Shown: positions 1 to 12,873 of the stretch, in pieces
Layout of the letters: every line of letters begins with the position of its first letter
Numbering within the stretch: the stretch's first letter is position 1
NCBI GenBank assembly: GCA_002269645.1
Contig: NIVC01001267.1
Coordinates: forward strand, 62,001 to 126,000
From: Macrostomum lignano
Lineage: Eukaryota
Length of the DNA: 64,000 bases
Direction of reading: 5' to 3'
Position numbers and translations under genes: made by a program
The notes under the pieces: generated by a model
What the model saw: the letters and a program-made list of their open reading frames with translations, nothing else
Told to the model about the DNA's origin: nothing
The model's database searches: none

Positions 1-1378
1 AATACACCTGGATAATTGACAGCCTCGATAAATACACCTTTGGATGATTCGCATCTCCGATAAACACACCTGAATGATTGACAGCCCTGATAAACACACC
101 TGGATGATTGACCACCCCTATAAACACACCTGGATAATAGACAGCCCCGATAAACACCTGAATGATTGACCACCCCGATAAACACACCTGATAATTGACC
201 ACCCCGATAAACACACCTGATAATTGACCACCCCGATAAACACACCTGATGGTTGACAGCCCCGATAAACACACCTGATGACTGACCACCCCGATAAACA
301 CACCTGATGGTTGACAGCCCCGATAACACACCTGATGATTGACCACCCCGATAAACACACCTGATGGTTGACAGCCCCGATAAACACACCTGATGATTGA
401 CCACCCCGATAAACACACCTGATGGTTGACAGCCCCGATAAACACACCTGATAATTGACCACCCCGATAAACACACCTGATAATTGACCACCCCGATAAA
501 CACACCTGATGGTTGACAGCCCCGATAAACACACCTGATGACTGACCACCCCGATAAACACACCTGATGGTTGACAGCCCCGATAAACACACCTGATGAC
601 TGACCACCCCGATAAACACACCTGATGGTTGACAGCCCCGATAAACACACCTGATGATTGACCACCCCGATAAACACACTTGAATGAATGACTACCCCGA
701 TAAACACACCTGATGATTGACAGCCCCGATAAACACACCTGATGACTGACCACCCCGATAAACACACCTGATGGTTGACAGCCCCGATAAACACACCTGA
801 TGATTGACCACCCCGATAAACACACCTGATGATTGACAGCCCCGATAAACACACCTGATGGTTGACAGCCCCGATAAACACACCTGATGATTGACCACCC
901 CGATAAACACACCTGATGATTGACCACCCCGATAAACACACCTGATGGTTGACAGCCCCGATAAACACACCTGATGGTTGACAGCCCCGATAAACACACC
1001 TGATGATTGACCACCCCGATAAACACACTTAAATGAATGACTACCCCAATTAACACACCTGAATGATTGACCACCCCGAAAAACACGTGCCTGGATGATT
1101 GACCACCCCGATAAACACACCTTGATGATTGATTGACCACCCCGATAAACCCACTTGGATGGTTGACAGTTCCGATAAACACACCTAGATAATTGACAGT
1201 CCCGATAAACACACCTGGAGGATTTGACAGTCCCGATAAACACACCTGGATAATCGACAGTCCCGATAAACACCTGGATGATTTGACGGCCCCGATAAAC
1301 ACACTTAGATAATTGAAGGCTCATACAGCTTTAGGTGATTGACATCTCCAATGAACACGCACCTGTGATTGACAGCCC
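1..1378 (+). repeat. 29-bp minisatellite (CCCCGATAAACACACCTGATGATTGACCA), intronic
   Basis: Dozens of near-identical units, period 29 (e.g. starts at 202, 231). Ends just before the acceptor CCGCAG at 1395-1400. Confidence 0.95.
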
Positions 1379-1400
1379 CCGGAAACTGCCCACCCCGCAG

Positions 1401-2499
1401 AAGACGACACATCTTTAGACAACGGTTTCTACCTGGGCGAAGAGGCAGTCGCGGCGGCGTCAGCCGCAGCAGCAACAGCCGCAGCTTCGGGCACGTCTTC
1501 AGCCTCGGCTGGGGTAGCGTACGTCTGCCCGCATTGCGGACTCGCCGCCGGCAGCCTCTCCCTGCTGGAGTCGCACATCCTGACGCATGGCGGCGCCGCT
1601 GCCGCTGCTGCTGCTTCAGCAGAAGAAGACAGCCGCCTCTCAATCGACTGCAGCAGCAGCGTCGGTGGCGGCGGGGGCGGCGTTGGCGGCAGCGGCAGCA
1701 GCCAGCCGTCGTCCAGCCGAAAATACCGGTGCTCGCAGTGCAGCGCCACCTTCAACTGGCACGGCGATCTCAGCCAGCACCTGCAGGCAAGCCACGGCAT
1801 CGATCGAGGCAGCAAGAAGCCGGACAGCCACGGCCTGTACCGCTGCAGTCACTGCTCCTATCAGGCCAAGTACCAGTCCGAGCTGAGCAGGCACAACCGC
1901 CTACACCTGGGCGTGAAGCCGTTCGCCTGCCATTTCTGCGCCTACAACTCCGCTTGGAAAGGCGACTTAAAGCGACACCTGGAGGCGCATCATCGGCGCG
2001 AGATTGCGGACGATAAAACTCTGAGCGAAATCATGGCTAATTATAAGAATAACGCCGGCACTAGGGCGGCCAGGTCCACGGCCAGTCAGGAGGAGCTGGC
2101 CTCGCGGTCGCTGAACGACATCGACGAGTCTTCTTCGTCGCTTCTGGCTGGTCAGAACTCGCCCGCGGTGCCGCAGCCGCTTCAACAGCAGCAGCCGGAG
2201 ACTCCAATATTTCCCTGCAGTGTCTGCAGCTTCGTCTGCCAGTCAGTTGCGGATCTGCGCTCTCACCTGGCTACTCATAACGGCTCCAGGCCGTACAGGT
2301 GCAGCGCCTGCGGCAAGCGGTTTCACCTATCCTGGGAGTCTGAGAAGCACATCAGGCGGGAGCACTGCGACTCAGTTAGGGCTTATACGGCTGTTGCCGA
2401 GACTGGCGCCAGGGCTCAGGTGGCGCCCGAGTCCGCGCTGCTGCCCGCGCTCTGCGGTCTCTGTGGGTGGCGCGGCGGCGGCGACTGGGAGATGGCGAG
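1401..2499 (+). CDS. C2H2 zinc-finger protein, internal exon A (6 full fingers plus first half of a 7th)
   Basis: Open frame from acceptor AG (1399-1400), continuous with ORF 1913-2503. Fingers YVCPHC, YRCSQC, YRCSHC, HLGVKPFACHFC, FPCSVC, YRCSAC, LCGLC. Donor GAG|GTGAGG at 2500. Confidence 0.9.
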
Positions 2500-2520
2500 G
2501 TGAGGAGGCATCTGAATTTA

Positions 2521-2900
2521 TGATACTAAATCCCCATTTTGATCCCCGAAATCCTCATTCTGATCCCTAAATCCCATTCTGATCCCTAAATCCCATTCTG
2601 ATCCCTAAATCCCATTCTGATCCTTGAAATTCACATTCTGATCCCTAAATGCCATTCTGACTCCTTAATGCCATTCTGATTCCTTAATGCCATTCTGATT
2701 CCTTAATGCCATTCTGATTCCTTAATGCCATTCTGATTCCTTAAGCCCCACCCTGATTCCTTAAGCCCCATTGTGATCCCCTAAAACCCATTCTGATCCC
2801 TAAATCCCGATTCTAATTCCGGACTCCTCATTCTTTCTGATCCTCCATTGTGTCCTCGAATTCTTCGTTATGATCCCAAGTACCTCATTCTGACCTCAAA
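2521..2900 (+). repeat. 19-bp minisatellite (GATCCCTAAATCCCATTCT), intronic
   Basis: Units start at 2562, 2581, 2600 and degenerate outward. Confidence 0.9.
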
Positions 2901-2992
2901 TCCCAGTTCTGTATGCAATTCTGCAGAGCCCCCTATTAGAGTTCTCTCCATAAGAACAAATCCCTATTGTTAACCTGAACCTGCACTCGCAG

Positions 2993-3341
2993 ACACCTGT
3001 CAGGCGCTCATCCCGCCGAGGCGGCCGCAGCCTCAATTTTGCACCTGGACGAGGCCGAAGCTCGCAACTCCCTCGGCTGGTACCAGCAGGGTGCCGTGCG
3101 CCTGATGCTACTGCACCAGCACCAGCGGCAGCAACTGCAGCAGCAGCAGCAGCAACCTCAGGTGTCGTCCGAGCAGAAGCAGCAGCCCACAAATTCCTCA
3201 TCCCAGCCAAGCTCCGGCAGTTTGCCGGCCGTTAAAGCCACCAGCTGCAGCGGCAAAGGTGTGCAGGGCAGCCGGCCGTTTCGTTGCTCCGTCTGCGGCC
3301 ATCGATCCAATTGGAAATGGGACATTAATAAGCATATTAAG
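2993..3341 (+). CDS. C2H2 zinc-finger protein, exon B
   Basis: Acceptor CTCGCAG at 2992. Splicing completes the finger CGLCGWRGGGDWEMAR|HLSGAH. Contains poly-Q and RPFRCSVCGHRSNWKWDINKHIK. Donor AAG|GTGAGT at 3342. Confidence 0.9.
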
Positions 3342-3364
3342 GTGAGTCAGCGATGATTGTATCA

Positions 3365-3780
3365 GCCTACCTGATAATCACCTTACCTGATAATCAGTAA
3401 TCACCTTACCTGATACTCACCCTACCCGATAATAATCCTACCTGATAATCATCCTACCTGATAATCATCCTATCTGATAATCATCGTACCTGATAATCAT
3501 CCTACCCGATAATCACCCTACCTGATAATCACCCTACCTGATAATCACCCTACCTGATAATCACGCTACCCAATAATCATCCTACCTGATAATCAACCTA
3601 CCTGATAATCAACCTACCTGATAATCGCCCTACCTGATTATCATCCTACCCGATAATCATCCTACCCGATAATCATCCTACCCGATAATCATCCTACTTA
3701 ACAATCATCCCACCTGATAATCATCCCACCTGACAATCATCCTACCTGTTAATAAACCTACCTGATAATCACCTTACCTG
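3365..3780 (+). repeat. 16-bp minisatellite (CCTACCTGATAATCAT), intronic
   Basis: About 25 tandem units seen directly. Confidence 0.9.
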
Positions 3781-3822
3781 CAGTAACCACCTGTTAAACT
3801 GATAAACCTCAATCCCACCAAG

Positions 3823-4223
3823 GTGGCGCACCCGGAACGCGGCGATGCGTGCACGGAGACGATGAGCAGCGCCGAGGCGGAGGCCACCATTGAGTCGTAC
3901 ATGCGCGACGTCAAAGGCAAAGTGAAAGACGAACTGGCCGAAGCTGGCGACGGCTACAACCGGCCGTTCCGCTGCTCGGCCTGCGGTCACCGGTCCAATT
4001 GGAAGTGGGACGTGCGCAAGCATATTCGACAGGCCCATAGCAACCAGCCAGACGCATTTGTTGAGACCCTTAGCAACGAGGACGCTAAGCGGACTTTAGA
4101 CGAGTACATGACTTCGAGGAAGTGCAACGCCTCTGTTGCCAACTCTGGGGCTGTCTGTGGTGTCGCGGCCTCCGCTGCTACCGCTACCGACGCCACGGAT
4201 GCGGATATGGACGATGCTAGCAG
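3823..4223 (+). CDS. C2H2 zinc-finger protein, exon C
   Basis: Acceptor AG at 3821-3822 gives KHIK|VAH, completing the finger. Contains RPFRCSACGHRSNWKWDVRKHIRQAH. Donor CAG|GTGTGT at 4224. Confidence 0.88.
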
Positions 4224-4929
4224 GTGTGTGGTGATGCTCAGGGGCCTTCTAGGAGTCTAAAGCCGAAATTGAGAGCTGGAGAGTTGAGAGTTTTTTTACG
4301 GGGTCTGGGATTTTCCCATTGACAACGTTACCGTGACAATAATCGCTAAAGAGCCATTGCAAACAAGTCACTAGCACTTGACTCTAGCGATTCTGGGGCG
4401 ACTCTTGTGACTTTTTAATGACTCAAACGGCTCAAACTCAAATTACTCAAACGGGGAGACGATTGTAAGTGACCTACGTAAGCTACAGTGACAGCGACTC
4501 TATCACGCCTCAGATACGACTGTACGGCCCCAGAGTCACTTGCGTAGTTTCAGAGTCGCAGACGCCTCAAAACGCCTCAAATTGACCCTTAGGCGACTCT
4601 TTAGACCGACTTTTTGGCGATTTTGTACCGTGACGTATTGTCGGTTTAGCGTCGTTTGGAGTCGATTCTTTTCTATTTTACCTGCATTACCTGTAACAAC
4701 TCTGGGTCGACGGAAGTGCTTCTGGGACGCTTCTTGGCTTTTGATCCGTATTGATCTGTGAATTTAGGGATTCAAGGTTGGGATTTTTAGGGATCTAAAT
4801 TGGGTCGAGAAATCTGGATTCCTATTCTTTACTTTGAGGTCGGCATTTGGGAACTGGGATCATCGTCCGAGATCTTTGATTGCTACTGCAAATCGTTGCT
4901 TTTTCTGCACCGCCTCCGCAGGTCCGCAG

Positions 4930-6301
4930 TGAGCAGCGAGATGACTCAAACGCCACCCCTCCTGGCAACCGCAGCCTCCTCGTCATCAGCAGCCGCTGCC
5001 GCCTCGGGCTTCTTTGGCAGTCCCGAGTTGACCAGCTCAGGCTGAAGCGGTTCATGTGCTCGGGCTGCGGCTACCGCTCCAATTACAGGTCCGACATTGT
5101 CCGCCACAACAAGCGGAAGCACGATCGTGGCGCCGCGGTTCGAATCCTGAGCATTGATGAGGCGCGCGACAGCTTAGAGAAATACGGACACAGCTTCCCG
5201 GCTAAGCCCATGGCTTCTAACGGCACGGAGCTTCTGGACCCGCCGGAGACCATCGAGACATTTGAGAACAACTCGGGCGAGACCCCGATGGAGCAGGAGG
5301 CTGAGGCGGAGGGTGAAGACCCCGAGGATCTCACCACCACTCAGCAGCAGCAAAAGCAGCAGCAGGATGCAGCGCCAAAGAGTTTCTTTCCGCCGCTGCC
5401 GCCGTCAGCCGCTTTCCATTATCAGTCGGAGCTTTTTCGGCGTCAGCTGCAGCAGCAGCAGCAGCGGCATCAGCAGTCTCTTCTGCAGTCTGAGGAGCCC
5501 GCAGCTTCCAACTCGCTGATGGAGCACCTCGCCAGAGCCGCCGCCTACCTGCCTCAGCAGCCGCCACCGCCGCTGCCGCCGCCGCCTCCGTTTTTAGCCG
5601 CCCCGGGCTATTTTGTCGGCCGCCTCGGCCTGCCAGGACATCCGCTTCATCATCATCCTACCTCTGTGCTGCATCCCCAGCATCCGCAACCGCCGCCGCC
5701 TCCGCCGCCCCCGCCGCCAAATCTGCTGTTTATGCAAGACTTTGCCGCTCACGCCGCCGCGGCCGCCGCCGCCTCGGCCACCGCCGCCGCCGCCGCTGCT
5801 GCTGCTAACGACTCCGCTTCGACCATGTCGGCTACGTCAACAACGACAACAGCAGCAACTAAGAGCATCGTTGGAGCTTCTTCAAAGCGAGCCGCTTCGG
5901 AATCTTTGAAAACGGAGTTGATGAAGGAGAAGCAGCTGCCAGCTAGCGAGGAGTTCCACTCGTGCCAGCGCTGCCCCTGGCTGGGCCTGAGCCACCGGGA
6001 GCTGATCGTGCACAAGCAGGGCCACCGGACCCGGGCAGCCACTGTCGGCAAATCGGCTAGCGAGACTGCTCAGCAGCGCTGCCCCCGCTGCGGCTTCGTT
6101 GCCTCCGGCCAGGCCGCCTCGCGAGCTCACGCGGCCGTTCACAAGCGACGCTATCGGGACCGACGAATTCAACGCCTACTGACGCGTCAGTCGGTTGCTA
6201 AGGACGCCGATCGGTTGCTAGGCAGCGTTAGGCAGCTTGTGCAGCTGCTGGAGAAATACCCGGCCGCCGAGTTTGGTGCCGTCACGGATTTGCACGGGTG
6301 A
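4930..6301 (+). CDS. C2H2 zinc-finger protein, terminal exon D
   Basis: Acceptor CCGCAG ending 4929 preserves the phase-2 junction into ORF 4880-6301. Fingers FMCSGC, HSCQRC, QRCPRC; poly-P/A/Q tracts; stop TGA ending 6301. Confidence 0.85.
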
Positions 6302-9300
6302 GGGGACTTTATTAGAGGCTTCGTCACATACATGCGCAACAGTCGGCCGAGTCGGCCGATCCGGCCGACCGATTTGGCGGCCAACCAAGGAAGTCGCAAA
6401 AATGCCAACCCGAAAAAAACACAGAGTAGTAGTACTAAGTAGCTGACGAGGCATTTTGGCTTTATAAGACAGTCATAGTTACTCCTGCCGTTTACCCAAA
6501 GTTGCGTTACTTTTGCTTTCGGGTTTTTTACATGTAAGTCGCATTTTTGGCCAAAAACTACGTCGCATTTTTGTTAAAACTAAGTCGCATGGCCGACCAA
6601 AATTTGGAGGTTGCGCATGTATGCTTCGTCATGGGATATGATAGAGTTCGGGGACACTAGACGCAAAACCTGGCTCTTAAATAACAGGTGTTAAAAGTAC
6701 ATTTGGGGCTTGTGCACAAAATGTGCTCAGCAGCTGCCAGCGGAATGAACATAAGCACATGTAATTGAGTATACTCGCTGGCAGCGGGTCGACTGTCGCC
6801 TTGAACTGCAACACAGTGCTCAATGTGCACAGAGCTGTGCACAACTCCTGCCCAAACATTCTCACCCCTGCCCCAAACATACCCCACTCCCTGCCCCAAA
6901 CACCCACCCCACTCCCAGCTCTAATCCCCCTGCCCCAAACCTCATAATATATTTGATTATGAAAATATGAATATTATAATTAGAGAATCTATTTTTAAAG
7001 CCGATTTGATTTGTTTTCATAACTTTATCCCGCAGAATGCGCCTGCCCCAGGATTTGGTCCGGCTCGTGTGCCGCAATCAATCGATGCGATCGGACCTGA
7101 TGAAGCTGGCGCAGCTGGTGCTGCCGGTCTGAGATGCAATGAGAACAATGGCCAGTTTTGTTAGTCAAGAGACCCTCTTAGATGTAGATGCAGATTCTGA
7201 CCAACCTTTTTATACGATCTGGTTACCAGTAGTCTGTTAGTCAGGTGTGGTGACTAGTCAAATACAGTGAGGCGCTAAGTAAATAAAAAGTATATTAATC
7301 ACTTTCAACGTTTTACTTTTTCTTTTGAGTTCCTTAACGACCTTAATTAACTCTGTTGTCATAAATTTTTCTTTGAATATATATTCATTTTTCCTATGTA
7401 ATTCAACGTAATATTGTTGTTTATTAATTATGAAAAAAGACTCTTCTGAGTAGAAATAAACAAACAAAACCAATTTGTGCCTCGACTGTACAAAACCTTA
7501 ATCACCTGATTACTGAGCCAGATTACTAAACTAATCCGAATCTGTAAAGCATCACCAAGCAGTCTAAGCAGTTTTCCTACTTCTTTTGTCTAATACTATG
7601 AGTAGATAGTTTGCTAGTTACTGCCATTTTAGTACTCTGTTATTAACAAAAACTTGTTATCTTTAAATAATATCTTTAAGAACCATTTTCTGTAATCCAG
7701 CTTATTTATAGTTTTTGTATTTTCTTTACTATGTGCTCAGAGAACCGCAGGTTAATAAAATTTCATCCTTTCACCTTGAAGTGTACTATTTACTCAATTA
7801 TGTATGCCGATTTTCCAATCAATGTTTTAATTGCCTGCTAAATCACGCTCTGTTCTAATCATAATTATGTATTGCAACTCAAACTATTGTTTGCCATCTG
7901 CCTCAACACCTCACTCCCTGCATGCCCCAAACCCCACCTCACTCCCTGCCCCAAACACCCACACAACTCCCTGTCCCTAACACCCACCCAACTCCCTGCC
8001 CTTAACACCCACCTGACATCTGTCTCAACCAACTCACTCACTGCTTCGAACTGCCACCTTGCTCCCTTAAAATAAAATACTGATCTACTCTGATGCATCA
8101 TGCATCCTTTCGTAGTTCTTATTTAGAGGTTCGTTAATAACAAGTTTATAAAAATTTGCTTACTCTTTTCCTAGTTTTTGCCTTAATGATCACGCGAGTC
8201 TGTTAATTTTGTTATTATCTATATCCGCATGTACTAAATGTTTCATATTTGCTTCTAACGATACCGTTCTTTAAAAATACAGCAATTCTTTTGATTCTAG
8301 AAAAAATCGAGCAGTTTCTTAAAAAATTGCATTGCAAATATCAGTTATACCCTCTTGCTTTTTTCTTTATTTATTCTGATTTAGCGATATAGATTCGAGA
8401 GTTTGACCTTTAGATGTCGCCGAAAGCTTTCCCCATGATGCTCGTAAATTTTGGGTCATTAATCACCAGAGTCAAGGTATTTGGCGACCACCTGGCATTG
8501 TGGGTCTACAGGTGCCAGATCGATGGTCTGAGCTGAGATAATCACGATGTTTTCACAGTTGTGACTTAAATTTGTTTAAATCCTATAATATTCCTGCTAT
8601 TTTTCCCACTGCCTCTCCTCTTCAATCCCGAACTTCGACGTGAGTTTTAACTAATCGGCCCAGCCAATCAGAAACTTCACCCTGAGTTTTAACAAATCGG
8701 CTCGGCCAATCAGAATCGACGTATTTCACTGTAACAAATCACGTGAAAGTTGATTCCTATTTAAAGTCTCCCCGTCGAGGGACATCAAGTTCGATGACAA
8801 CTACTGGAACTTCATCGAGAGTCGGCTCAGGATACCTTATTAGCCATCGGCAGTCCGAACATCTGATTGGTTGGGTGAGAGGCTACAATTAAACTCGCTT
8901 AGCTGGGAGTGTTCCTTTAATTATCTGGCCCTGTTTTCAGTTTGATTGAGTATTGCAATTTCTGGCTTTCTTTTCATGTGCTGAACTTGTCTAGACAAAA
9001 TTCCGGACTTTAATACTAATAGTAGCATGTTCGCTCTAAAGGAGTTTGAAAATATCTGGTCGGATCGGATAATTTATTTTGTTTTCTTTCTTCGATTCGC
9101 AATGCCAGCTCAACTGAGCTGCTAAGCTGAAAGGCAATGCTTGCAGTGGACAAATCAATCATTTTGAACCAACCATGTACTTACTATACTAGTAAGAGTG
9201 CTGACTCAGGCACCAAAGCAGCTTATCTCATGTAAGAATTCACCAGCTGGGTCTCAGAGAGCCATAGGATTGCTCTGCATCAGCGCTATCTGAGAGTTTT

Positions 9301-9409
9301 TAGCCACATTTTCGGCCAGAAGCTTGCATATGGGAATTTGTTAATGTAATTACTGCATGGGGCTATAACCATGCCAGCCGAACAGAGTTCACTGCAAAAC
9401 AACTTGTCC

Positions 9410-10030
9410 GGCTGGCAACTTGTCCGGCTGGCGACTTGTCCGGCTGGAAACTTGTCCGGCTGGCAACTTGTCCGGCTGGCGACTTGTCCGGCTGGCAACT
9501 TGTCCGGCTGGCAACTTGTCCGGCTGGCAACTAGTCCGGCCAATATGGCAACTTTCTGGCTGGCAACTTGTCCGGCCGACAACTTGTCCGGCTAGCAACT
9601 TGTTCGGCTGGCAACTTGTCCGGCTGGCAACTTGTCCGGCTGGCAACTTGTCCGGCTGGCAACTTGTCCGGCTGGCGACTTGTCCGGCTGGCAACTTGTT
9701 CGGCTGGCGACTTGTCCGGCTGGCGACTTGTCCGGCTGGCAACTTGTCCGGCTGGCAACTTGTCCGGCTGACAACTTGTCCGGTTGGCAACTTGTTCGGC
9801 TGGCGACTTGTCCGGCTGGCAACTTGTCCGGCCAATATGGCAACTTTCTGGCTGGCAACTTGTCCGGCCGACAACTTGCCCGGCTAGCAACTTGTTCGGC
9901 TGGCAACTTGTCCGGCTGGCAACTTGTCCGGCTGGCAACTTGTTCGGCTGGCGACTTGTCCGGCCAATATGGCAACTTTCTGGCTGGCAACTTGTCCGGC
10001 CGACAACTTGTCCGGCTAGCAACTTTAAGG
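9410..10030. repeat. Tandem array of GGCAACTTGTCCGGCT (16 bp) with 9-bp sub-units
   Basis: Direct inspection. The long ORFs called here in several frames are repeat artefacts. Confidence 0.92.
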
Positions 10031-10768
10031 CTGGCAAAGTTCCTGCTCCCGGAGGGACAAGCTGAAAATATTCAGACCTGAAGAACCCCAAATTTTTAAT
10101 TGCAAACTTTTTTCAACTGGCTGGAATAACTTCTTATTGCAGCTAATTAGCAACTGTAGCGCCAGATTGAGGAGCGCTTGCAACTGTGGCGCCAGATCAA
10201 GTGCCGCTAGCATTAACTGTTGTGTCGTTTTAAGCGATCTTGAAAAAATTGTAATGCAGAAAATCTCGGCCATATTCCTTCCAGTCCCCGGAATTTCGCT
10301 AGTTCCGGGATTGGAGAGTTTGGTTTCCATTATGCATACTAAGGGATTGCAAAATCCCGGTTTTTTGCGATCCCGGGATCAGAAAAATATTGATTCTTAA
10401 GCTTCTGGATTGACATTTTAAGGCTTAATATGCGCTAACGTTTTTTGCTTTTATTTTTTATTGTTATAGAGTTGATGATCTATTTGTAGATGAAAAAGAG
10501 CATTATATTGTGATATTGTGACGTATTAAAGTAGTATAGAAGTACTACTACATTAGTAGTAAAGAAGCAAAAAATATCAAAATTTACATTGCAATAAATT
10601 TTACATTTATATCTGTGATGCCACAAATTACAAATGCGATATTTATCGTGTACTGTTATGTTGATCTGTCGAATGTAGATAGTATAGAGTAGAAAGTGTA
10701 AAAAGAAAAGTAATAATAAAGTTTCTGAAGCTCTAAATTGACTCGATCTATAAATAAGACTATCTACT

Positions 10769-11829
10769 GGGTCTATGAAATTTGCTTGCGAGAAGTTTGC
10801 TTGCCGAAGTTTGCTTGCGGGACTTTTGCTTGCGGAAATTTGCTTGCCGAAGTCTGCTTGCCGAATTTTGCTTGCAGAATTTTGCTTGCCGAAGTCTGCT
10901 TGCCGAATTTTGCTTGCGGAATTTTGCTTGCCGAAGTCTGCTTGCCGAATTTTGCTTGCGGAATTTTGCTTGCCGAAGTCTGCTTGCCGAACTTTGCTTG
11001 CGGAATTTTGCCTGCCGAAGTTTGCTTGCCGAGCTTTGCTTGCCGAACTTTGCTTGCCGAACTTTGCTTGCCGAATTTTGCTTGCAGGAAATTTGCTTGC
11101 TGCACATAAGCTTGCCTAAGTTTGCTTGCAGGAAATTTTCTTGCGAGGTTTGCCAGCCAAAGTTTTGCGGGACCTTAAAGAAACCTATTTTTGAGCTCTT
11201 GTATTTCTAATTTTCATTTTCTAAGATTCGTGGAAGTCGGCGAAGTCGCCTATAGTGTTATGATTTTGTATGAGGATATGGCGGATTATTAATTACATTT
11301 TATATACTAAAATATTATTAGTATATGCATTATTATACATTAGCATCACTGCAATTATCATACCTGCTCAATCGTGCTGAAATCAGGAACTACAAAGATT
11401 TATACTGTTACCGATCCCTATCTATCTATACTAAATCTCTAAGCATTCTATATACTACATTCTCGGAATGAAACTCTATAAGCCTAGTTTGAAAGCTTAG
11501 TGTCAAGTCAGTTTACGTCGACCCTGATAAGAATCCACTTGCAAAGCATCTGTAGTAAGTAATAATTGACTGACCAACTTCACAAGCAATCAAAACAAGC
11601 AAGCAACAAGAAAATAATTCTGCAAGTTAAAACCTTGCGATTGTGTGATTGCAAATTTCTAGAAAGCAGACATCAAAATTTCGCTAGCAAAGTTCGGCAA
11701 GCAAAGTTCGGCAGGCAAAGTTCCTGCAAGCAAATTTCCTGCAAGCAAAGTTCGGCAAGCAAAGTTCGGCAAGCAAAATTCCGCAAGCAAACTTCGGCAA
11801 GCAAACTTCGGCAAGCAAAAATTTGTCCC
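10769..11829. repeat. Inverted pair of TTTGCTTGCCGAA arrays (foldback-element-like)
   Basis: Array on + at ~10780-11140; reverse-complement array at ~11690-11820. The left end GGGTCTATGAA recurs in reverse complement at ~51707-51719. No TSD found. Confidence 0.65.
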
Positions 11830-12258
11830 GGGATTTCGGGATCAGCTGACACAGCTGAATCAGGCATCAGCTATGTATCTACACTGTACAGCGCATTCAT
11901 GCTGTTAGCAAACCAAAAATAGCATAGCAATACGTTTATATACCAATTGAGTGTTTTGAGGACTACTGAACTAGAGATATACGAGTAAATGAAAGCTGAA
12001 TATTGCTGTGACTTGTAACAGTACTCGTACTTCCGTTCCAACCCATTGATAATTCCACCCAAGGAACTATTTCCAAGGAAATAGTTTACATGGTAGGTAG
12101 AATATGCTGAAAACAATGCAAATAACCTTTAACTACTCGAATGATGAAATTACTCGTATCTGTTTCAAATGTGAAATTTCAAATGTGACGCGAGATCAAG
12201 TGCCGGTGCCACTGCGGCGCTAAAAGCGTAGACACTACACTAGTCAGTGCTATATATA

Positions 12259-12873
12259 CTCAGCAACAGCTAAACCCCCCCGCCCCCAACTCACGCTGTC
12301 ACACGGGCACAACAGTTAAGCAATGTCTTTAATTCTAGTCTCAGTATCGTGTGTAGGAACCACGAGCATGCAAAAGTGCCGTGACTCGTCGTGGCATCCT
12401 GATCACCAGCCGGTTGATGAACTCTTGGGGCAGCTGCTGCCAGGCATTCAGCACCGCCAGTCGCAACTGTTCAGCATTCTGTGGGGCATCCTGCTGAACT
12501 CTTCGCTTTTCAAAGTCCCAGACATGCTCGATGGGGCTCATGTCTGGAGACTTTGACGGCCAGTTCAATGTGCGAATGCCGAGCTGCTCCTTCAGCAGCT
12601 GCACGTGTGCTGCTCGATGTGGCGCAGCGTTGTCGTCTTGAAGCATGCAGTTCTGCGGGCCGCCAAAGGTTGTCGTAGCAAATGGCAGAAACTTTGCAGC
12701 AATGCAGCCACCAGTGGGTTGAGTTGCGCCACCCCCTCCCCAAATCCCCCATGCCGCACTTTGCGCTCACGTCTGGCGGCGGCAACCTTCACACATTTCT
12801 GAGTCACCGATGGCATACAAAACTTTTAGGCCGTGTGACAGCGTGAGTGGGGGGGGGTTTAGCTGTTGCTGAG
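12259..12873 (-). mobile_element. Internally deleted Tc1-family transposon (615 bp)
   Basis: TIR CTCAGCAACAGCTAAACCCCCC..CTCACGCTGTCACACGG at both ends, flanked by TA. Carries only the transposase C-terminus. Confidence 0.92.
12341..12646 (-). pseudogene. Tc1 DD34E transposase C-terminal fragment
   Basis: QDDNAAPH...WPSKSPDMSPIEHVW, with 34 residues between the second D and E. Confidence 0.92.

Noticed and set aside
118-1324. 394-aa and 210-aa minus-strand ORFs
   Set aside because: Translations of the 29-bp minisatellite, antisense to the zinc-finger intron.
4922-5045. Alternative acceptor at 4921 for the last zinc-finger exon
   Set aside because: With the phase-2 donor it reads into a stop at 5045; the acceptor at 4929 keeps the finger-coding frame.
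9286-11922. Many overlapping Cys/Arg/Gln-rich ORFs
   Set aside because: Stop-free frames of 13-16-bp tandem arrays; no unique sequence.
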